A stretch of DNA of 60,561 nucleotides from positions 1-60,561 of IMG/VR virus record IMGVR_UViG_3300037488_001994; one strand, 5' to 3'. Source of the stretch: a virus (Duplodnaviria > Caudoviricetes). The notes below the pieces were generated by a model. It was not told the DNA's origin and made no database searches. It was given only the letters and a program-made list of their open reading frames with translations. Each line of letters opens with the position of its first letter. The first letter of the stretch is position 1. Below are positions 12,701-20,029 of this stretch, in pieces. The translations under genes and the position numbers were made by a program.

Positions 12701-15700
12701 GATAGATGAATTTGTCAAAAGTATCAGGGATCAGGGTAAATTATTTGAGCCAGGAACACAGTACGGTAAAAAAGTGAGCCACGATTTGGCTGATGAATAT
12801 AGCCGGCTGGTGGATGTTCCCATGAAGGATGCCGTAACCGAGTTAATGCGCGAATATGGTTCCAGCAGATCAGAGATATCCAAGGCCGTTGGAGGAATAG
12901 CAGTCCGTCCAAGAAACGCCGAACTGCCTGCCAGGGATTTCATGCTTTACCATGAGAGCCGGTTGGGTAAATCGATTGAGCAGATTAACGCTGAAACCGG
13001 CGCTGGCTGGAATGAAATTCTGAAAGCCAGGGAAGACGCCACCGAATACATTAAGGCCCATCCGGAACGCAAGCCACTTTACAAGGCAACAGAATTAACC
13101 AATAAGGGCATAAACGCACATTCCTACGAGTCTTCAATCTATGAACTGCAAACCTTATCGAATATTACCGATAGGATGCAGGCCATTGAGGAGCAGTTGT
13201 CCAAAAATGGATTTAGGGTCCGGCCAGCATTGGGAATGGAACCTGGTAATGTTTTCTATACAGGCAAGGAAAATGATGCTCCATTTACTGAACTTGACGA
13301 ATCGTTGATACAGGAGTACATGGAACTTGATTTCATGGCCAAGCGCGATCCGAGGGTAATGGATGGAGATTATTTTGAGCGTCCAATATTGCAAGGGAAC
13401 CAGGGCGAGATAAGATTGGCCGGTAACCGGTTATTGAATGAGCAAATAAGGCATTCCCTGGAGGATGTGAATAAAGGCATTATCAATGGTCCGTACATTG
13501 AGGTTTATGAAAGGAACGATGATATACCCGAACACATAAGGAACGAAAACCCCGACATTGCTAATCCGGCTTTTTATTACGGCAATACGGTTTATTTTAT
13601 CCTTGAAAACATTGCCAATGCCGAGTCTGCCATTAAGGATTACATTCATGAGGTTGGTGTCCATTATGGCATTCACAATGTTATTCCACGGCCATTGTTT
13701 GATACCACCATGAGGTTAATTGTGGCGGATATCGGGAAGGATGCTATTAAGGCCACCATGACTGAGGGAGGCTGGTTAGGCGTTGTTGGTGATGATGTGG
13801 CCATGGGTGAAGAATATTTGGCCTACCTGAGTGCGAAGATCGGTGCCGAGAAAGATTTGACGCCGAAGGAACAGGGTATATGGGATAAGATCATTCAAAC
13901 CATACTTGATTTCTTCCGCAAAATATTCAAATTGGGCGGAAAGATCACAAAGGCTGATTGTGAAAACATAGTGCATGCCGCGGTTCAATCCACCAGGCAG
14001 GCGAAAATGAATGTTGGGCATACCGACAACAGATTCTTTGCCGTTGATACCGCTGGGAAAACCTATGTTGAGAGCAAATTAGGCACAACCGGAGTTATCC
14101 ACCATAACAACCAACGGCTTGAATTTAACACCCTGGGGAACTATTATGCTGATGGATTACAAAAGTTGGCTCACGACATTAAGAATGGGAACAAGGAATC
14201 CATACAAAAAGCCGCAAAAAAATTGTTGCCCATAATTCCCAAGAACTCAATTATTGTTCCTATTCCATCCAGGTCCGGTAATGCAACCACAACATTAATG
14301 TTAGCCGAGGAGATTGCCAAACTGAGGGATGATGTTTCGGTAAGCGATATTTTGAGGGGATCGGAACGGCCATCACTTTATGAGGCCAAGAGAAACGGAA
14401 CACCTTTGGGGATATCCGACATGGGAATAACATTATCATCCAATCCGCCGGCTGGTAAACAATTAATTCTTTTAGATAATGTAATCGATACCGGTACTAC
14501 GGCAATGGCGGCAAATAGCGTATTACCAAACGCTACGCTTGTTGCGATTGCTTCTTCAAACAAACCCAATTCAGTAGTCAGACAAAAAACCGTTTCCAAA
14601 GGACTGAGAACCCATACCCAGGGCGTTAAGTGGACCGGCTTCATTGATCCTGTTGACCTGGATTGGAAGGATAAAGTAAGGAAGGGGTTACAGGACAAGG
14701 AACTTCCACTTCTCCGGTTCCAGGAAAAGGTTAAGGCCGAGGGCGGTATTATCAGAAAGTTAAATGATATTCATGATATGCTACCCAAAAACCGGTCCAA
14801 AAACAGGACTATGGTTGAGGATTTTGAGGTTGAGTTAGGAAAACCGATGCTCAAAGCGATAGCCGATATTCAGATTGCCAATGGCATTGAGTATGATGAA
14901 GTTACTGACTACCTTTACGCAAAAGAGGCATTAAACAGGAATATCAGGATAAGCGCCGAAAAAAAGAAGAGTGAAATTATCAATTACTCCGGTATGGAGC
15001 AAGCGGAGGCGCAGGCCATTGTGGACAAATTCGAACTTGATGTTTCCGATACCCTTGTTTCATCATTGAATGAGAAGGTCCGGCAGGCAACAGATTTTGC
15101 GGTGCGTACCTGGAGGGATGCCGGCTTTACTTCAAAAGAGGATTATGAAATGTACCGAGAGCGCGACAAGAACTATGTTCCTTTGCGCGGTTGGGAAGAT
15201 TTGCAGGCAGATGATGTGTATAATTTCCTAAATGCAGACATGGATCATGCCTTTAATCCAGCATTGCTGAGAGCAAAAGGAAGAAAATCAAAAGCCGATG
15301 ATCCGATACCATATATATATAGTATGGCTCACACGGCAGTTGTGGCAGGCAATAAGAATTTAGCCAAAAGGATGCTTCTCCGGATCGCCAGGGATAATTA
15401 CCAAAAATACCCACACCTGATAAACTTCAAAAAGGTTTATGAGGTACAAGTTACCGATCCGTCAGGGAATGTTTCATGGCTGGAAACAGTTGACCGGCCG
15501 GATCAACAGTTATTTGATGATAAGAAAGCCAGGACGAAAATGTTCCGGAAGTACGGTGAGCGCGCTACGGCCCGACAGAAAGAACAGTTTGAGGTTGAGG
15601 TATGGGAAAATGGTGAAAAGTATGTTGTTATCATTGATCCACAAGTAGCCAATGTTCTTAACGGAAACGAGTCACACTTAGGTTGGTTAATGGGTAAGAT

Positions 15701-17510
15701 TTCCAACGCAACCAGGGTGTGGTCAGCATTAACCACCAGCAAAAACCCGATGTTCGTTTTACCGAACATTCTCCGTGACGGTCAGTTTGGGTTGGTGAGC
15801 GTAAATATTCAGTTTGGGATTAAACCGGTGAAACTTGCCAATGGCAAAACCGATATTCCTGGTAACCTTTATCGCAGATATTATAGTGATGCAAGCAAAG
15901 CAATCCGCCGGTGGCAAACTGAAAAGTTTGATCCTAATAATCCGCTGGATGTTGAGTTTAAGCATTGGAGAGATATGGGCGGTCCTACCGGTTTTGTTTA
16001 CATGCAGGGGATTGAGAAAATCCGTAAGCAGGTTTATCGGGATATAAATGAAATGAAATCGTTGGGAAAGGTTGGGAATGTTAAGGACTATATCGCCAAG
16101 GGGATGAAGATTATTGGTGATGCCACAACTAACCTGGCCGAATGGTCTGAATTATTGGCAAGATTTTCCGCCTATAAAGTTGGGAAGGATATGAGCCTTT
16201 CCGATTCAGAGGCAGTTACCTTATCCAAGGAGATAACCACGAACTTTGATAGAAGTGGCGAATGGAGCAGAACCATAAATGCTGGTTGGGCATTCTTTAA
16301 CGCCAGGTCACAGGGTATTGATCGGTATTTCAAATTGTTTGGAATAAACAAGGGCCGGTTCGCCGCCTGGAACGCCGCCATGTTTGCCACCGGTGAACTG
16401 TTAAGCATGCTTTTGGATTGGTTTTATGGTGACGATAAGGACGAGGATGGGGTTAAGAAATATGACAAATTCTCTTCCTTCCTACGCCGTGGATACATAA
16501 TGATCCCAATTCCAGGTACCGATAAGACAATCAGTATTCCGAACATGCACGGATTTGGGGCATTCTTTACCCTGGGCGCCATTGGTTATGAAATGGCCAC
16601 CGGCAGAACCACGATCCCGACAGGGGTAATGGCTTCGCTGGACTCTTTCTCCAACAGTTTCCTTCCTATTGATATGGGAAGTATCGTTAAAGCCGATGGT
16701 GGAGTTACCCTGGGGCCGTTATTGCCAACATTATTGGTTCCTGTATGGGCGCTGAACGCAAACAAGAACTTTGCCAATCAGATAATCTATAAAGAACCGT
16801 TCACCGCTAATCAGGATATTGCCAGCAGTCAGTTGTATTTGAAAAATGTGAACTCAACTATCCGGAGAGGAACGGACGCGCTATTTAAGTTGGGAGGAGG
16901 AGATACCGCAACCAAGCATTTGTATTACGATAAGAACGGCGTGGAGAAAAAGGTACCCTGGCTGATGGATTGGAACCCTTCAAAAATTGAATATCTTTTG
17001 GAGTATTACACTTCCGGAGCCGGTCAATTCTATAATAAACTGTTCAAGTCAACCATTGAACCGCTTATTGATATGAGTACCAGGGCCGCGGAGGATGGTG
17101 TGAACAAGGGTACTGCCTTATGGTATAACTACCGAGATTTGGTTAAGGAACACCCAAGCGATATCCCTGTTCTCAATAGGTTCATCCGGAAAGCAACCGG
17201 CAATCCGATAAGGCAACAGTATTTCGATCAGAGGGGTCGTTTTGACCGCTATCTGCATGAGTTTAATGAAACCATTGAGGTTGGTAATGATACCGATAAG
17301 ATCATGCGGATGGCCCGACAGAAGGAGTTTCCTAACGATACCATACCGAAGTACGAAAAAGCACTTATCTTTAAGGCTAATCAATCGGTCGTTGACGAAT
17401 ATTACGATGCCATGAACCTACCTGGTTTGTCCAAGGATACAGTTAAGTATTTCGAAAAGTTGATAAAGGACAAGCAAAAAGAAATGATTAATTTCAAAGA
17501 AAGAAAATAG
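738..17510 (+). CDS. Giant polyvalent/DarB-like virion-injected protein: hydrophobic helices, SF2 (strawberry-notch-like) helicase, N6-adenine MTase, JAB/RadC, zincin-like motif, ComF-like PRTase, LPD38-like C-terminus
   Basis: 5590 aa. Motifs: NGTGTGKT (~8289), YDESQN (~8550), LSATP (~8886), SGKEGLSLHD..QIEGRIFRIG, YYPTP..LEPEAGHG..MNPPY (~10164-10436), HNHPSGNSVPSEND (~11736), IHEVGVHYG (~13644), VPIPSRSG..LLDNVIDTGTT (~14256-14501), NYVPLRG and NFDRSG..FFNA near the C-terminus. Confidence 0.85.
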   Translation: MEPVVDVKKKTISEFAADIKKKYPLYKDVDDNKLATDFVAKFPKYKEFVDFGTTEPITPQAEPAQVESADTTQSAVTDTTQPEVASQTVQPAVADTTKVDAPEFSSVKPLGPVKEKGNVLEGFGTGFQRDWGNIQKGVGQLSVDLSGKENINATAEALKIGSISPTEDFAKQKEAYQEIYDETKANGAELEKEYQKIASQHFSVYVRGTDNDTREKMAEANKQRALEKWSKFPEYQEYQDRLKLISEKISQYGTLQKEKEAKTILPGGSMMPIPVTQFAEKTSEEAAKNITDQAGTKSWGEQVVDKGVEDIVSSAMKSETHEGWGFKFGEKTATMLPLVAAMAARAIPVVGPVIGGALGTATMGGFVLSGAGGMEYAYEENQKKLGKPIDPESRALYGIAGALAMYIPMALGFKSLVPDKLMNKFVAETLLKGGFENGGKKVLVDFVAKNPELVKRMLKDTGESAITGGTMMATTTELNIALENTFREGDDKVGLLQALIEGTKSFGAGILMAGLFGPGKTLATNSMMKQMRAKRGTVTLATDGNTGEVFEVFGQDNGNFTGFTRTAQSISVPVDQVTNKITIPVKLFNELEKTVPKNIQAAKDLEMQFYKDQVDSNLTEVMRGITNANGEVTKGKLPDQSDVILIQGEIGVDTKVRVVDGMGNKSWIDPAELHNVEVIPADVYAEGLRKTQYDRIGITQAEKDQAKLAAYDEADAKARDFTTLIQSQDDPGFAVRTTSVEMVENADGTKTPKVWYIRSSKVGPDGKSLFALVDADGITKITTAENLTQPEIIPLDQIHQEVLKGLTTEIDIASKEPTADVFGFEVGNRVTVNGVSGVITDASRPEDGIVIRSKDADGLEQDIYVEPKDYGTILPEEVAPAAPMAEAPPAEVAPAEVPPVAEVPPVAEQAPAVPVEPPPPPRPTTWAIGKKNFNIEYDDTTGNKYIPFTEGTDETATIKKEVDLTQYDVVPRTKEVKAPGAPEFAKPVKITLGVDIIPKKQKNETPKAPLQGKTPEEVIPPVTPTMVTPPPVPLVPEVAGKPSKKAVPVKYKGADYLIDGENVWVVPKKGEPMLYSTTPEVIKAMKEEATKGEEDDISFNPEDWEVPPAPPADSQEYNKWVSEHSTDPKEVSAAYETEMFNRPIKKLAPWQENFIGSKITQKSWKRFGDPNWTSQGLAQAWFLKGDERDNRDGDLDGIAQELSEDFGMEITPQMLVEFIMQFPNNNPRKTTDVQMALAKRYNKLTGTKTYDERTGELKAGYEPLTPDEEAIALNLGDDLLNFLDENKIDSVELLDQIRAEHFSETSFPFGPKDYEKSRTHLTKKANRKADSGISKTEKDATDEGGAIPGEDGQGPGEEIGDISFNPSEFAGENIPAGKTIDGFNFVPDGRDMRLSKESLPLAIEHIKKVGFVGELPTDTTGGQFLRKISEAIVNFTKAREFGFTKYEFNDSGWSDYNLEQEEIPLLTNKPGWALTNYITLGKGPNGKYAQGFSMHIGNGGYAGGPSIFGEIYDTREQALAGVIAEMRKGAEKELEKDESARSNAEAKKVLSELDRIESGKPSAPAPKQVKVKFTDKQAADHFDRLVSDLGENDVNILLDGWETGAQLTEDGEITIEGKYRRGAEKGMGESEKGSVKKFITWLLDENADMPFDEKTMGKDIADDSDWADVVDRARTAAKGETVVPAIPKDMQRDHDFLIEQKAMIAESISEAKDTGLTVEEIDKLRGLKKRLDDIQSYFNEAIKNGTVAESKWNEISKIQQEHNDIYEQLGKDFEGVDETKIVPTDINTFIASAKYANEAGKTFGEWWTAVREEMKIIATGREMTMPSMNNLVNATLKGAGYDVANDLWQEITTGVKHQQIVEDKNKYRKSRQSIIDMINADHKEPMAQYVPEEIIQSEVEISNKLLDFFEKNGISYDSQDSRRGLYGDLRDNTNGGLLTRLAMDIKAGNEARIAEDKAKIAENTARFNELLKQTEPEYSNANAERLMNAQAEKDAQYWDGIKVGQDVIVSTGDRKLPGKVLDIIKPIDEAKEDRWKRQYKVEVNGQAISVKRNALEPITPAPKGQIIVGSLPKIDFVTPPPVSTGRKLTFNKAKKVEPNIPYPFDPSIRVDKYTIEYMSGAGHYEKVFYLNTGAKADFPKYATEEEIDKVKDQVTVPPAQGRTPEMPPIAPARKKFKVDTTNNEEIQKAKDDLNKLIGNNDVELREPVAPYGEKDARKIMYAGLPYAFELASVIERETGELIYDDFAQAMVDEFGNNIKPYVKMMYEGIRNDPSKENTKFSDYPYVKSFDINKLQQDTQPDEIEMRKEINDLKNQDDVGSKSGDITGNRPNTGDEVPADKTNIPGQPGSSEHLRRGADTGTSETVGANPADQEFAGGLLFPTMERPTPAPGERGNKPVRTGKEQSGAPTGFAGDRITGGGGTSNIFGPSDRAEGVGRDEEADAENDEHAEKGIDLVSLKAKQQAVEKSPVIMGDIDNIRETLPALFPQQHDDVLKAEKRFFSGAGPKNAMGKGMLFTNGTGTGKTFSGMGIVKRAIKNGAQDILIITPSQSLNRTWMKVAGILGVDAEVLPNTSTAGTKKVVITTYSNFRGNETLKDVDYDLVMYDESQNIMSGKKGDEVKSAFLHYKITNRDAESALLRLKDRHPLWMEQAVLTNRWNHLNKLVNTYRSDNQQRDRAEIEQILQKIEGIKVEQDKVIFAMTERAKASVDKTKVVFLSATPFNQHKSLRYANKYIFDWGPDKTSRGYNEPDAEGQFFVDNFGYRIRYNKLTAPEISEAGMMGELEMTFTERLRESGALSGRALDSDKDYSRDFPIIVGVDAERYNAAISDLLSHNDEFNAIRKYASDVFYNYEYSTQLFESMKSTLTLDRIQQHLDLGRKVVVYHRRHMSNVYPPFQTIEMNLEEAKGSIVNGMRVDTKDAEAQWEAFKQKYPDLIEYDKTLEIDSVIDKITGRFGNKVGLLNGRVPDKIKKRNIENFNNDDSGMDIFVIQEQSGKEGLSLHDTTGKKQRVLINMALPQSSITTLQIEGRIFRIGNQSNAIFEYPILNLDLELYLFGTKFNKLLSTTENLAMGRSSRDLISSFRDGVIFGKNTDAPSMEQGAGGKDLDARPTTVTSKFDLAKATYFTNLRRTAKNKSREGIDYYPTPEPVGLAMVNWLNLTQGESMLEPEAGHGAVAMWAPSNVIMKAVEPSYELFTKLEVRAGGVGRFLFNQTFESYNTINKFHGIAMNPPYGSGGKTAMDHFEKALKHLKNGGRVVAIVPNGPSMDKRMDKFMDEKDEDGNYVNANYHVIAEVILPSVTFERAGTAVNTKILVIDKVVPPKVKSLEKIREEIKTADTQALMSSRWHVMLTPEQVKAEAQNRYEMALATQAAIDIQPTRQIDLSYITDINELFQSINDIGMPDRIRFEKTPEEVAEETPVAPAGGGLLENEYKVQNDPYSGEPREMVLLKKRLPKDVYRMVATKAAEIGYPRNYNQNKGGGFRPGFMFQTKEKALEFKSWLDNYQFAQESAVAYKVGKTYLTLLDNATPETLSEINRAYGSKEAAITAVEKTVEQARQLVLDFSGRVRGSIPKGVHKRSVIEDFQESGYVDFVGRKFNGSQDIADMWSIHRSPYIEKSHAIFTKNQTIVGSLAITVNNQSAVQLPDAGLIAKALKVFGADGFALVHNHPSGNSVPSENDVTATKILLGRLQNSPINFWGHVVINHGTYSFIDGNGGVVNDLKYSTPVPSLYKPRADIKDPLTGKGSPEKMGEIGRSLLNAEGYQAAVVFLSMKMDINAYEQLPVTTHNEMFDFIERRMGGKQPLGSAFVIIHDGSDQSNAIFGKYSSWPSGARDIINAETGISNDFDESNIEIGRRTNPEVLWVEEGRVDYTDLSPANRNKIAIKSAEFDAKISGINKELGRIKREIETKKGTLSNIQTSQGDLFAGNVFGAPEPVAPKRGEFAGSFFDVAPDASDANVQRLIQPLQNQLKRLSDDLLYTMRSKEAWIDEFVKSIRDQGKLFEPGTQYGKKVSHDLADEYSRLVDVPMKDAVTELMREYGSSRSEISKAVGGIAVRPRNAELPARDFMLYHESRLGKSIEQINAETGAGWNEILKAREDATEYIKAHPERKPLYKATELTNKGINAHSYESSIYELQTLSNITDRMQAIEEQLSKNGFRVRPALGMEPGNVFYTGKENDAPFTELDESLIQEYMELDFMAKRDPRVMDGDYFERPILQGNQGEIRLAGNRLLNEQIRHSLEDVNKGIINGPYIEVYERNDDIPEHIRNENPDIANPAFYYGNTVYFILENIANAESAIKDYIHEVGVHYGIHNVIPRPLFDTTMRLIVADIGKDAIKATMTEGGWLGVVGDDVAMGEEYLAYLSAKIGAEKDLTPKEQGIWDKIIQTILDFFRKIFKLGGKITKADCENIVHAAVQSTRQAKMNVGHTDNRFFAVDTAGKTYVESKLGTTGVIHHNNQRLEFNTLGNYYADGLQKLAHDIKNGNKESIQKAAKKLLPIIPKNSIIVPIPSRSGNATTTLMLAEEIAKLRDDVSVSDILRGSERPSLYEAKRNGTPLGISDMGITLSSNPPAGKQLILLDNVIDTGTTAMAANSVLPNATLVAIASSNKPNSVVRQKTVSKGLRTHTQGVKWTGFIDPVDLDWKDKVRKGLQDKELPLLRFQEKVKAEGGIIRKLNDIHDMLPKNRSKNRTMVEDFEVELGKPMLKAIADIQIANGIEYDEVTDYLYAKEALNRNIRISAEKKKSEIINYSGMEQAEAQAIVDKFELDVSDTLVSSLNEKVRQATDFAVRTWRDAGFTSKEDYEMYRERDKNYVPLRGWEDLQADDVYNFLNADMDHAFNPALLRAKGRKSKADDPIPYIYSMAHTAVVAGNKNLAKRMLLRIARDNYQKYPHLINFKKVYEVQVTDPSGNVSWLETVDRPDQQLFDDKKARTKMFRKYGERATARQKEQFEVEVWENGEKYVVIIDPQVANVLNGNESHLGWLMGKISNATRVWSALTTSKNPMFVLPNILRDGQFGLVSVNIQFGIKPVKLANGKTDIPGNLYRRYYSDASKAIRRWQTEKFDPNNPLDVEFKHWRDMGGPTGFVYMQGIEKIRKQVYRDINEMKSLGKVGNVKDYIAKGMKIIGDATTNLAEWSELLARFSAYKVGKDMSLSDSEAVTLSKEITTNFDRSGEWSRTINAGWAFFNARSQGIDRYFKLFGINKGRFAAWNAAMFATGELLSMLLDWFYGDDKDEDGVKKYDKFSSFLRRGYIMIPIPGTDKTISIPNMHGFGAFFTLGAIGYEMATGRTTIPTGVMASLDSFSNSFLPIDMGSIVKADGGVTLGPLLPTLLVPVWALNANKNFANQIIYKEPFTANQDIASSQLYLKNVNSTIRRGTDALFKLGGGDTATKHLYYDKNGVEKKVPWLMDWNPSKIEYLLEYYTSGAGQFYNKLFKSTIEPLIDMSTRAAEDGVNKGTALWYNYRDLVKEHPSDIPVLNRFIRKATGNPIRQQYFDQRGRFDRYLHEFNETIEVGNDTDKIMRMARQKEFPNDTIPKYEKALIFKANQSVVDEYYDAMNLPGLSKDTVKYFEKLIKDKQKEMINFKERK

Positions 17511-17512
17511 CC

Positions 17513-19546
17513 ATGATACTAAGTACCAATTTCTCACCCAACATGTTCACCAAGGAGATTGTTGGAGGAAAAAAAACAAAGATCAAGCGGACAGATATCA
17601 AATATCTGCTTGAATCAACTTCCGAGAACACAGACCTACTGTTCCGGTGCCAAGCCTGGTATGATAGCATGTCTGATTTTCGAAGGAGAAGGGTCCGGAA
17701 CCGGAAATATCTTCGCGGTGACCAATGGCATGAAACAATGATCGATCCAGCCACCAGGGAAACGGTAACCGAGGAAACCTATATCAGCAACCAGGGTAAA
17801 ATTCCGCTGAAACAGAACCTTATGCGTCAGTTGGAAAAGAACCTGATGGGTCAATTCCGTACCAACCCACTAAAATCCATCATTATAGCACGATCCAGGC
17901 ATAATGCAAAGATCAGCGAAATGATGAGTATTGCCCTGGAGAGTGTTGGGGATTCAAATAAGAGCCTTGAACTTGATGTAAGAAACTTTGAGGAGTTTGT
18001 TATGTCAGGGATGGCCATTGGGAAAACGGTGTGGAAATACATTCCCAAGAGAAACCGGAAGGATATTTTCAATGAGAATATTAACCCAAACACCATTTTC
18101 TTCAATACCGATGTTACGGATATCCGCCTTACAGACCTTTGCCTGATCGGGCAGATACTTGATGTTACCCAGGATGAAATTATCGCCACTTTCGCCAAGA
18201 ATCCAGGTGACGAGGCAAAGATCAAAACCTGGTACAATACTTCATACAAAGACCTAATCAATGGGAATGGCTTATCGTCCGACCGTATGGACCTTATGGA
18301 TTTCTTTATTCCCAATGACGGTAATAAGTGCAGGGTGTTTGAGATATGGGAAAAGAAATATGAATGGCGCCTGTATGTTCACGATCCGATGGATGGTTCC
18401 TACCAGGTGATGAAAAAAGATCAGAAAAATATTTTGGCCCAGGTAAATGTTGAGCGAGTGAAGTTTATGGAAATGAATGATATTGCGGAGGAGGATTACG
18501 AAAACTATTTGCTGGATATTGAGGATAAAATGGAACCCTATTGGAACCAAAAATTCCTAACCCCAATGGGTCAAACCTTATATGAGGGAGAAACCACCTA
18601 CGCTCACGAAGAACACCCTTATTCCATTGTCCTTTATCCGTTGATTGACGGTGAAGTTTGGGGATTGCTGGAGGATGTTATCGATCAGCAGAGGTATATT
18701 AACCGGTTGATAAGCCTATTGGACTTCATTATGGGCGCCGCCGCCAAAGGCGTTCTCCTGGTGCCGGAAGATGCTATTCATCCTGAGTTTGATTTAGCCA
18801 GCATTGCCAATGAGTGGAGCAAGTTTAACGGCGTTATCAAAATTAAAAGTTTGAAGCAGGGAGCGCAGATGCCCCAACAGATCAGCGCGAACCTTACCAA
18901 TATCGGAGCGCACGAAATGATAGGCATTCAAATGAAACTGATGCAAGAGATTTTCGGTGTTTCACCGGCCATGCAGGGCCAGCGCGCAACTTCCGGAACT
19001 CCATCATCCCTGTACGCACAAGAGGCCCAAAATTCCACGATAAACAGTAAGGATATCATGGATTTCTATTCCTGGTACATTGAGCAGAGAGATTACAAAG
19101 TGATGAAGTTGATCGTTCAATTCTACAAGGAAGAGCGTTACATTAATGTTGCCGGGTCCAATTATGCCGAGGAATCCAAAATGTTCCGTCCGGAGTTGGT
19201 TAAGGATGTTGACCTGGAGTTAAAGGTTGCCAAGGGCCAGGATACACCGGTTTACCGGCAGATGATCGATGATTTACTATTCAAACTGTTAGACCTACAA
19301 CAGATTGATATACAAATGTTCCTTGAAAATACGAGCCTACCATTCGCAGACAAGTTGCTGGAAACCATTAAGTCGCGTCAGGAACAGTTGGCACAAGGCC
19401 AGGTACCGCAAGGAGGATTACCGCCGGAACTTATGGCCGCCATGCAACAACAGGCCGGAGCCGGAACGCCGGAAGGTCAGCCGGCCATGTCACCTCAGAC
19501 TGAGCGAGTTATGAATACCTTACTTGCCAACGCCAGGAATAATTAA
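17513..19546 (+). CDS. Portal protein (P22-like)
   Basis: 677 aa; YLRGDQW, WGLLEDVIDQQRYINR, SGTPSSLYAQ and Gln/Pro-rich tail typical of podovirus portals. Confidence 0.85.
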   Translation: MILSTNFSPNMFTKEIVGGKKTKIKRTDIKYLLESTSENTDLLFRCQAWYDSMSDFRRRRVRNRKYLRGDQWHETMIDPATRETVTEETYISNQGKIPLKQNLMRQLEKNLMGQFRTNPLKSIIIARSRHNAKISEMMSIALESVGDSNKSLELDVRNFEEFVMSGMAIGKTVWKYIPKRNRKDIFNENINPNTIFFNTDVTDIRLTDLCLIGQILDVTQDEIIATFAKNPGDEAKIKTWYNTSYKDLINGNGLSSDRMDLMDFFIPNDGNKCRVFEIWEKKYEWRLYVHDPMDGSYQVMKKDQKNILAQVNVERVKFMEMNDIAEEDYENYLLDIEDKMEPYWNQKFLTPMGQTLYEGETTYAHEEHPYSIVLYPLIDGEVWGLLEDVIDQQRYINRLISLLDFIMGAAAKGVLLVPEDAIHPEFDLASIANEWSKFNGVIKIKSLKQGAQMPQQISANLTNIGAHEMIGIQMKLMQEIFGVSPAMQGQRATSGTPSSLYAQEAQNSTINSKDIMDFYSWYIEQRDYKVMKLIVQFYKEERYINVAGSNYAEESKMFRPELVKDVDLELKVAKGQDTPVYRQMIDDLLFKLLDLQQIDIQMFLENTSLPFADKLLETIKSRQEQLAQGQVPQGGLPPELMAAMQQQAGAGTPEGQPAMSPQTERVMNTLLANARNN

Positions 19547-19569
19547 AATAATCTGTAAATAAATCCTTG

Positions 19570-19605
19570 TTTGCTTGTTTATTACGAACAAGTATCTTAA
19601 ATTTG
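19570..19605 (+). promoter_or_regulatory. Bacteroidota housekeeping promoter overlapped by a palindromic operator
   Basis: TTTG/CTTG at 19570-19577, TAAATTTG at 19598-19605; inverted repeat CTTGTT-N7-AACAAG at 19574-19592. Confidence 0.7.
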
Positions 19606-19634
19606 TGGTCTAAACATTTATAAAACCACAAATT

Positions 19635-19829
19635 ATGACATTTGTAGAGTATTATTACAGTTTGGGCAAGAAGGATAAGATCGTATTGAGGAATAAGATT
19701 GTTGCCAAGGCAAGGATCAGTCATACCTCAATCTATAATTGGCTTAACAAGCCGGTTTATCCCCATCCCCTTGTTCAAGAAGTGATTTCTAAAATTATAG
19801 GAAAATCTTCGAATGAGTTATGGCCCTGA
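19635..19829 (+). CDS. Small Cro-like HTH regulator
   Basis: 64 aa; ARISHTSIYNWLN HTH-like segment; first gene after the promoter. Confidence 0.6.
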   Translation: MTFVEYYYSLGKKDKIVLRNKIVAKARISHTSIYNWLNKPVYPHPLVQEVISKIIGKSSNELWP

Positions 19830-20029
19830 TTTACAAATATGTACTACATGCTAACCAAGATACTTGCTTAGAGGATTTTGATTCGCCGGTAGATATTTGC
19901 CCTGCTCACAGAATTATAATGGACCTTGATAGCGGTACCAAGTTTTGTATCTTATGTGAAACTAAATTAAATAATGATGAACCTTCCCACCCTTCCCCAT
20001 CCCTTGCCTTACATATCAGGACCGGATGA
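19820..20029 (+). CDS. Small Cys-containing hypothetical protein
   Basis: 69-aa ORF overlapping both neighbours; CPAH..CILC. Confidence 0.35.
   Translation: MALIYKYVLHANQDTCLEDFDSPVDICPAHRIIMDLDSGTKFCILCETKLNNDEPSHPSPSLALHIRTG

Noticed and set aside
731-17754. Many 60-180 aa ORFs within or antisense to the giant gene
   Set aside because: Shadow frames of a long coding sequence; no independent signals
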